NCBI GenBank assembly: GCA_033442325.1
Contig: JAWQFM010000011.1
Location: 115,906 to 179,905 of the forward strand
Direction of reading: 5' to 3'
DNA from: Salpingoeca rosetta
Taxonomy: Eukaryota > Protista > Choanoflagellata
Length of the DNA stretch: 64,000 nucleotides
Shown here: piece after piece, positions 61,982 to 64,000 of the stretch
How the letters are laid out: every line of letters starts with the position of its first letter
Numbering within the stretch: the first letter of the stretch is position 1
Notes under the pieces: generated by a model
Told to the model about the DNA's origin: nothing
The model's input: only the letters and a program-made list of their open reading frames with translations
Databases searched by the model: none
Program-made: the position numbers and the translations under genes

Positions 61982-62695
61982 TGGTGGTGTGTGTGTGTAG
62001 TANNNNNNNNNNNNNNNNNNNNNNNNNNNNNNNNNNNNNNNNNNNNNNNNNNNNNNNNNNNNNNNNNNNNNNNNNNNNNNNNNNNNNNNNNNNNNNNNNN
62101 NNNNNNNNNNNNNNNNNNNNNNNNNNNNNNNNNNNNNNNNNNNNNNNNNNNNNNNNNNNNNNNNNNNNNNNNNNNNNNNNNNNNNNNNNNNNNNNNNNNN
62201 NNNNNNNNNNNNNNNNNNNNNNNNNNNNNNNNNNNNNNNNNNNNNNNNNNNNNNNNNNNNNNNNNNNNNNNNNNNNNNNNNNNNNNNNNNNNNNNNNNNN
62301 NNNNNNNNNNNNNNNNNNNNNNNNNNNNNNNNNNNNNNNNNNNNNNNNNNNNNNNNNNNNNNNNNNNNNNNNNNNNNNNNNNNNNNNNNNNNNNNNNNNN
62401 NNNNNNNNNNNNNNNNNNNNNNNNNNNNNNNNNNNNNNNNNNNNNNNNNNNNNNNNNNNNNNNNNNNNNNNNNNNNNNNNNNGGAAACGCTGGCAGCCGA
62501 CTCAGTAATATGCAACGCCAACGCGGTGACGAGCCAGATGTGGAGTGTCGATCCCCTCAGCACGTATAAGCCGGCAGCCCGCGCGATCGACCAGAATAAT
62601 GAATTGGCGGCTCCCTCCACACACCAGCGCATCTTCGGCAGGTATCCCATTCTTCACACGCCCTATACCCCCCTCAAGGCACCAACCTGGGCCAT

Positions 62696-62771
<76 letters not shown>

Positions 62772-63040
62772 CGTGTGTGTGTAACTACAGCAACACCGAC
62801 AAATTCCACCACACCAACAAATACAACAGCATCAACAATTACAATCACATGTAAGCGACAAACCCGTGCTGTGTTCCTGCGACGAGCAAGTTTCCGTCGT
62901 GCCCGGCAAAGCAGCAGGACGTGGGCTGGCCCTCGCACGCTAACGGGATGAAAAAGAGGGGAATTGAGTGAACGAGAGAACGGTGCAATGTGGGCGAACA
63001 ATGATACGAGAAGACACTGAGAGCCAACACACACACACAC

Positions 63041-63077
<37 letters not shown>

Positions 63078-64000
63078 GAGGACGCGTCGTGGAGCGGAGG
63101 GTGACGCGACGTCCCAGAGAGCGACGAGACCAAGTGAATACATGCGCGTGGCGGGACCGCCGCTGCAGATGGTGGTCATCGATGGTGGTCGTTGATCGTG
63201 GTTGATGGTTCGAAGTAGTGTGTGAGAAGAGAGATGACGGCATACTTTGAGTCCAATCACAAACACGCGCACCGCACTGCACACACACACACACACACCG
63301 TTTGATGGGCGCGGGACTGTAGACGGTGGCAAGCATTTGCGGATTCGATGCACTGCTAACGGCGCTGGTGACGTGTCGCCCTGTTGTTGAAACGGAAGCA
63401 TTCACATCAGCACATGGCAAGGGGCTCGCAATGTTGATACGACTGAAACGATCACGCCTGCAGAGAGCGTCACAAGTAATGGCACGCCTGCAGAGAGCGT
63501 CACAAGTAATGGCACGCCTGCAGAGAGCGTCACAAGTATTGGCACGCCTGCAGAGAGCGTCACAAGTATTGGCACGCCTGCAGAGAGCGTCACAAGTATT
63601 GGCACGCCTGCAGAGAGCGTCACAAGTAATGGCACGCCTGCAGAGAGCGTCACAAGTATTGGCACGCCTGCAGAGAGCGTCACAAGTAATGGCACGCCGC
63701 TCATACACACACACACAATCACATACACACACGCGTTCGTGCACGGCACCTGCGAAGATGGGGGCAGCAGCAGCCATGTGTGTTGAGGAGGAGGAGAGGC
63801 CCGACACGCTGGTTGCATCGGCGCCATCGCCCTGCTCCAGCCGGCGAATCGCCGCTTCCTCGTCCAGCACAGCCGCGCACAGGCGTCCCATGCGCAGCAC
63901 AAACGACTCTGGCAGTTGTAGGTGGTGGCGGCGTGCATGTGAGAGTGGACAACAGGAATGAGCAGGGAGAGGCAACGGCGCTTCGCGCGTGCAGAAACAA
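59535..64000 (-). CDS. DYNC2I1: Dynein-2 intermediate chain WDR60/FAP163-like (partial at both ends)
   Basis: Ordered WD40 exons match WDR60 architecture: PIFAG|RHVTSAVSS, GLVALWDVASPSAPRRVL|ACEGQPTSCCF…AGTQHG|VVVWDL…FTSDG, DDL|GLRPGASVKM, HPLKPGHLFVGT, DSGYVCIHKL…PMRRW…FWSNARAAVFYVL…LHIW. Confidence 0.8.
59571..59780. repeat. (GTTGT)n pentanucleotide microsatellite in a WDR60 intron; a shorter array occurs at ~9635-9695
   Basis: About 42 perfect tandem units are visible. Confidence 0.95.
62003..62482. other. Assembly gap within a WDR60 intron
   Basis: N run. Confidence 0.99.
63453..63698. repeat. 30-bp minisatellite, 8 copies, in WDR60 intron 63381-63749
   Basis: Unit CACGCCTGCAGAGAGCGTCACAAGTA(A/T)TGG repeated head-to-tail with one variable position. 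Confidence 0.95.

Noticed and set aside
63453-63698. 30-bp (and 41-bp at 41784) repeats as CRISPR-like arrays
   Set aside because: The units are head-to-tail with no unique spacers, there are no cas genes, and the context is a eukaryotic intron.

Overview
This is gene-dense, intron-rich eukaryotic nuclear DNA, with (GT)n/(CA)n microsatellites filling most introns and three assembly gaps. Composition and gene content point to a choanoflagellate, very likely Salpingoeca rosetta (inferred, not proven). Almost all ORF-track entries are microsatellite noise, so genes were rebuilt by hand from GT-AG exons. In order they are: an unknown low-complexity protein (partial), a SAM-domain protein, mitochondrial DnaJ (DNAJA3-like), CDC37, a tRNA, a MIC12/MIC13-like MICOS subunit, a membrane-anchored amidohydrolase-fold protein, TRAIP, CUL1, RPL7, a PPM1A/B-like PP2C, INTS2, NAA30, GPN3, a small mitochondrial protein, a LIN54/tesmin CXC protein and WDR60/DYNC2I1 (partial). 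The standout is the intact 72-nt tRNA at 16416-16487. It has a Leu (UAA) anticodon but no long variable arm, and it carries the alanine identity set G1:C72, G2:C71, G3:U70, A73. It could insert Ala at UUA codons, either as a codon reassignment or as programmed mistranslation. Other points of interest are a probably bacteria-derived amidohydrolase pseudoenzyme, a double-RING TRAIP and a heavily structured RPL7 intron.
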